A stretch of DNA of 64,000 bases. It comes from a virus. Below are positions 62,867 through 64,000 of the stretch, piece after piece. Each line of letters starts with the position of its first letter. Positions within the stretch are counted from its first letter, which is position 1. Under the pieces are notes generated by a model. That model searched no databases and was not told the DNA's origin. It saw nothing but the letters and a program-made list of their open reading frames with translations. The position numbers were made by a program, and so were the translations under genes. The DNA lies in the IMG/VR virus record IMGVR_UViG_3300036790_000419, positions 32,001 through 96,000 of that record, one strand, 5' to 3'.

Positions 62867-64000
62867 ATGACTACACCGGGCGGCGGGCAGGGCTCCTACA
62901 GCTCCAGCGTGCAGCCGCCTGGTGGCCTCGGGGTTAGCAGTCAGGGCTACGGCCAGGAGGGCTACGTCCTGCAGGACGAGCAGACGCTTGTCCAGCCGCC
63001 CGACGAAGCTCTCAATTTTGCCACCGGCGTCCCGTACTTCCTCCCCTTCGCCACCCCGTACCGGGACTCGTGGGAGGTCTTCCGCGACGACCCGGTCAGC
63101 ATCCGCCAGCTGGTCACCATGCGCCGCCGCGACGGCCAGGCCAGGGCGCTGTACCGGCTGCTGACCAAGCCGCTGCTGAGCGCGATGAAGAACGCCGACG
63201 TGGTGCCCGCCGACGGGGTGACCGGCGGGGTGGAGGAGGCCCGGTTCTGCAAGGACCTGCTGTTCGCGCCGCGGGCGCAGGGCGGCATGTCTCAGTCGTT
63301 TGACAAATTCGTCAAGCAGATGCTGCTCGCGCTGTTCAACGGGTTCAGCGCCTGGGAGATGGTCTACTGGGTCCCCAAGACCGGGCCGAACAAGGGCAAG
63401 TGGACGCTGCGCAAGATGGACTGGCGCCCTTCGGAGACCCTCACCTTCCTGCTTGACGGCCAGGGCGAGTTCAACGGCTTCCGGCAGCGCACGTTCTTCC
63501 AGGGCCGGACGATCGACGTCAAGATCGCGAAAGAGACCGCGCTGTACTACGCGCACGAGGAAGCCGAGCGGCCGTTCTACGGCGTGTCCATGTTCGAGAG
63601 CGCCTTCTACCACTACGACAAGAAGGAGAAGCTCTACTACATCGCTCACCTGGCGGCGCAGCGGGCCGCGGTGGGCCTGCGGGTGGGCACGATGGTGCCG
63701 AATGCCCCGGCTGAGGACAAGAACAACTTCATCCGGGCGCTGGCCCAGCTCGGGCTCGCGCAGTACATCGCGCTGCCCACCGCCGACTGGACGGTGCAGA
63801 CCCTCAACGAGTCAGCCAGCCGGTTCGACTTCCTGGGGCTGATCAACCACCACAACAGCCAGATGTCCAAGAGCGTTCTCGCCCAGTGGTTCGACAACGA
63901 GCAGGGAGGCGGCCAGGGGGACAGCACGCTGGTCGACTTCGGCAAGCAGGACGACGTCACCTACTTCCTGATGCTGGAGGGCATCCTGGAGGAGATGGCC
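62867..64000 (+). CDS. Portal protein (DUF935/Mu gp29-like), truncated by window end
   Basis: MRRRDGQARALYRLL, ALFNGFSAWEMVY, PFYGVSMFESAF, INHHNSQMSKSVLAQ; CCGATTA box upstream. Confidence 0.8.
   Translation, partial: MTTPGGGQGSYSSSVQPPGGLGVSSQGYGQEGYVLQDEQTLVQPPDEALNFATGVPYFLPFATPYRDSWEVFRDDPVSIRQLVTMRRRDGQARALYRLLTKPLLSAMKNADVVPADGVTGGVEEARFCKDLLFAPRAQGGMSQSFDKFVKQMLLALFNGFSAWEMVYWVPKTGPNKGKWTLRKMDWRPSETLTFLLDGQGEFNGFRQRTFFQGRTIDVKIAKETALYYAHEEAERPFYGVSMFESAFYHYDKKEKLYYIAHLAAQRAAVGLRVGTMVPNAPAEDKNNFIRALAQLGLAQYIALPTADWTVQTLNESASRFDFLGLINHHNSQMSKSVLAQWFDNEQGGGQGDSTLVDFGKQDDVTYFLMLEGILEEMA

Overview
This is a 64-kb segment of a large, high-GC actinobacterial phage genome, with nearly all genes on the + strand. 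In order it carries: (1) 0.1-12 kb, small early/accessory genes, a C5-methyltransferase-like gene and a VirD4/TraG-like ATPase; (2) 12-48 kb, a replication/recombination module with an intein-containing SNF2 helicase, ribosomal protein bL12, a FliA/WhiG-like sigma factor, a second sigma-like protein, DnaB, PolA, beta clamp, clamp-loader subunits, SSB-like, RuvC, RecA, a split Rad50/SbcC with SbcD, a GH25 lysin and a large radical SAM protein; (3) 47.6-49.8 kb, a methyltransferase plus two glycosyltransferases; (4) 50-55.4 kb, head-associated genes and the large terminase; (5) 56-61.3 kb, an RNA island of 33 tRNA genes, two circularly permuted tRNA-like (YrlA-type) RNAs and a promoter/terminator-bounded ~250-nt ncRNA; (6) a portal gene running off the end. 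The most notable hand-read signals are three promoter classes that fit a sigma cascade: a CTTGAC-N4-GTCAAG palindrome on housekeeping-type promoters, and CGTA and CGAT boxes 13 nt before start codons. Also notable are a possible Ms1-like RNA and replacement of the near-invariant U33 by C in 10 of the 33 tRNAs. Protein calls come from motif recognition by eye; no searches were run.
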